Of a stretch of DNA of 64,000 bases, positions 62,335-64,000 are shown piece after piece. The stretch lies in NCBI GenBank assembly GCA_973895155.1, contig OZ316891.1, positions 26,715,972 through 26,779,971 of the forward strand, read 5' to 3'. Source of the DNA: Marsupella aquatica (taxonomy: Eukaryota; Plantae; Marchantiophyta). Each line of letters begins with the position of its first letter. The first letter of the stretch is position 1. Both the position numbers and the translations under genes were made by a program. The notes beneath the pieces are model-generated. The model was given only the letters and a program-made list of their open reading frames with translations, searched no databases and was not told the origin of the DNA.

Positions 62335-64000
62335 TGCGCAATCTCGGGCACTTGAATAGTTTGACCGGAAAAGGCCTGCACAAAGAATGAAAGTAAAAAT
62401 TAATCTATCAGGCACATTGTGGGTTCGATATTCTTTACACATTGGGGCTTCGGTTTCTTCGCACATTGAAAAGCAGTGAATGAGTTCGTCATACGTACCA
62501 AGAATTCTAATAAATGAAGATCACAATTGCAATGTCGTGCCAAGAGCGAGCAATGTGGATGAAATCGTAAGCACAGTCCCAACACTGGCGGAGACAACAA
62601 ACGTAGTGGCAAGCCGTCACTCTGCTGGAGTCCTTGAGCACTATGTGTGTTAAATGAGCTGGAGTTCGGAGGTTGCAGAAGTTCGCTGCAGGCCGGGAAC
62701 AAGAGAAGTGAGCACTGTGCATGGTAATACGGGAGTTTGAAGAAAGTAGAAATGAGAAGCGAGCATTGTCGCATGTAATCCGGGTTATAGAGGGACCTGT
62801 GACATTTTACAGGGACATCGTTTGCTACAGGAGCTCCCGCATACCGGCCTGTATTCTCAAGGGTGGAAACGACAGAGAAGGACATGCTACCGAGTGGGAG
62901 CATTGCACGTATTGATTTGGAAGATTCTGGTTTGATTTGGTCACCTACTTTTTCCCTTCGTTCGTGGGCAGGTAAGGGCCGGTTTTTTATAGGACTTGCA
63001 CATGCAAGATGACTCTAAGCATAAGACACTGTTTGACACTGGTTAGTTAACCGAGGTCAGAATTTAGGAAAGTAATTGAAGCTTTGAAAGTACCAATTTT
63101 GGTCCTCTGAAAATTTCACAAAAGTTTTGGTGCAACTTTGGTGAAATGAAAATTTTGAATGAGAAATCTTTTGTCTCGTAATCATTTGGACTCAAAGAAG
63201 TACGTGTAAGACAGCATAGGGATAGGTTTGAAAAATAAGGATTCAGAAGAAAAGAGTGTATATTAATCACACAGGACCCTTTATAGTGACATTGTCGATG
63301 ATTACCGGATGGACTACGGGAGTATGAAACATGGCGGAAGTGTCCTTATCAAGTACTGCACTCAGTCCCCTGAGAAAGGAACACTCTGCTCCCCTAGTAC
63401 GTTTTTTCAAAAAAGAGGAACACGAACGTTGTCCTCAAACCTTTGACTCCACATGAGCGAAGTACTAAACCTTTTCCGCTTCACCCGGTTCTACTTTCCC
63501 GCTCTGTCAGCTGTAACGCTCGCTCCCTGCGGTTAAGATTGACCGTGGAGATCGTAAGATGCATCAGAGAGCGGGATGAAGGCCGTCGATCTGAGGGAGA
63601 TTAACCAAGAACCAGTAACTGCGGTTAGAGGAACGTTTGCACGAGTAGTGCCTTATTAAGGATGCGAAGCGAACGAAGAGCTTCACTTTTCATCGACAAA
63701 AGAGGGAACCGAAGCACAAATCTGATACGTGATGCGTTCTGAAGGTGCGCGTTTCTGCTCGTGGGACCCATAGAGAAGGATCCATTAGTCAAGAGCAGCG
63801 CAGATCGAACACGGCGGCGGGAGCTCCGGATGGTTCCGTTGTTGCTGTTGGGTTCTTTTTCGGGGGGGGGGCTTGAGAAAGATTTCACTTGATTAAATTT
63901 ACATTGCGCCAAGAGAAACTCTTGTTTGTCTTGTTGTTGTCTAGAGTGATGCACTCGATAGATAGTGCCGATGAGCTGATGTGGATGAGCTGCTCTAGAA

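Larger units (their letters stand above)
56421..63015. mobile_element. Complete PIF/Harbinger DNA transposon (6595 bp) with three ORFs
   Basis: The left TIR GGGCCATCTTGCATGTGAGAGTCC (56421-56444) matches the right TIR reverse complement GAGTCATCTTGCATGTGCAAGTCC (63015-62992) at 20/24, with weaker similarity to about 45 bp. TAA TSD on both sides (56418-56420 and 63016-63018). It encodes a DDE nuclease and a Myb/SANT protein in convergent orientation. Confidence 0.92.

Noticed and set aside
63625-63954. 109-aa - strand ORF at the window end
   Set aside because: No recognisable motif, and the context is truncated by the window edge.

Overview
Eukaryotic, intron-containing land-plant DNA. The phytochrome N-terminus ([13 protein letters not shown]...) suggests a non-seed plant, most likely a liverwort; this is an inference. 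Two intact host genes are convergently transcribed: a canonical 4-exon phytochrome (+, 24861-29462) and a 6-exon plastidic ATP/ADP antiporter NTT (-, 45680-41505). They sit among many transposons. These include the right part of a CACTA/En-Spm element (1-7733), a full-length Ty1/copia element with TSD (32809-39532) plus a deleted copy and a solo LTR of the same family, and Helitron relics. There is also a complete PIF/Harbinger element (56421-63015, TIRs plus TAA TSD). The most interesting signals are: (1) an extra third ORF in the Harbinger, with coiled-coil, D-box-like and cyclin-docking-like motifs; (2) four evenly spaced CACGTG-N5-CACGTG G-box doublets about 15 kb upstream of PHY; (3) a single in-frame stop exactly at the copia gag/pol boundary; (4) a uORF and structured leader ahead of PHY; (5) an 86-bp tandem array with two hairpins per unit. 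No tRNA, rRNA or CRISPR array was found. All calls are by eye; no database search was run.
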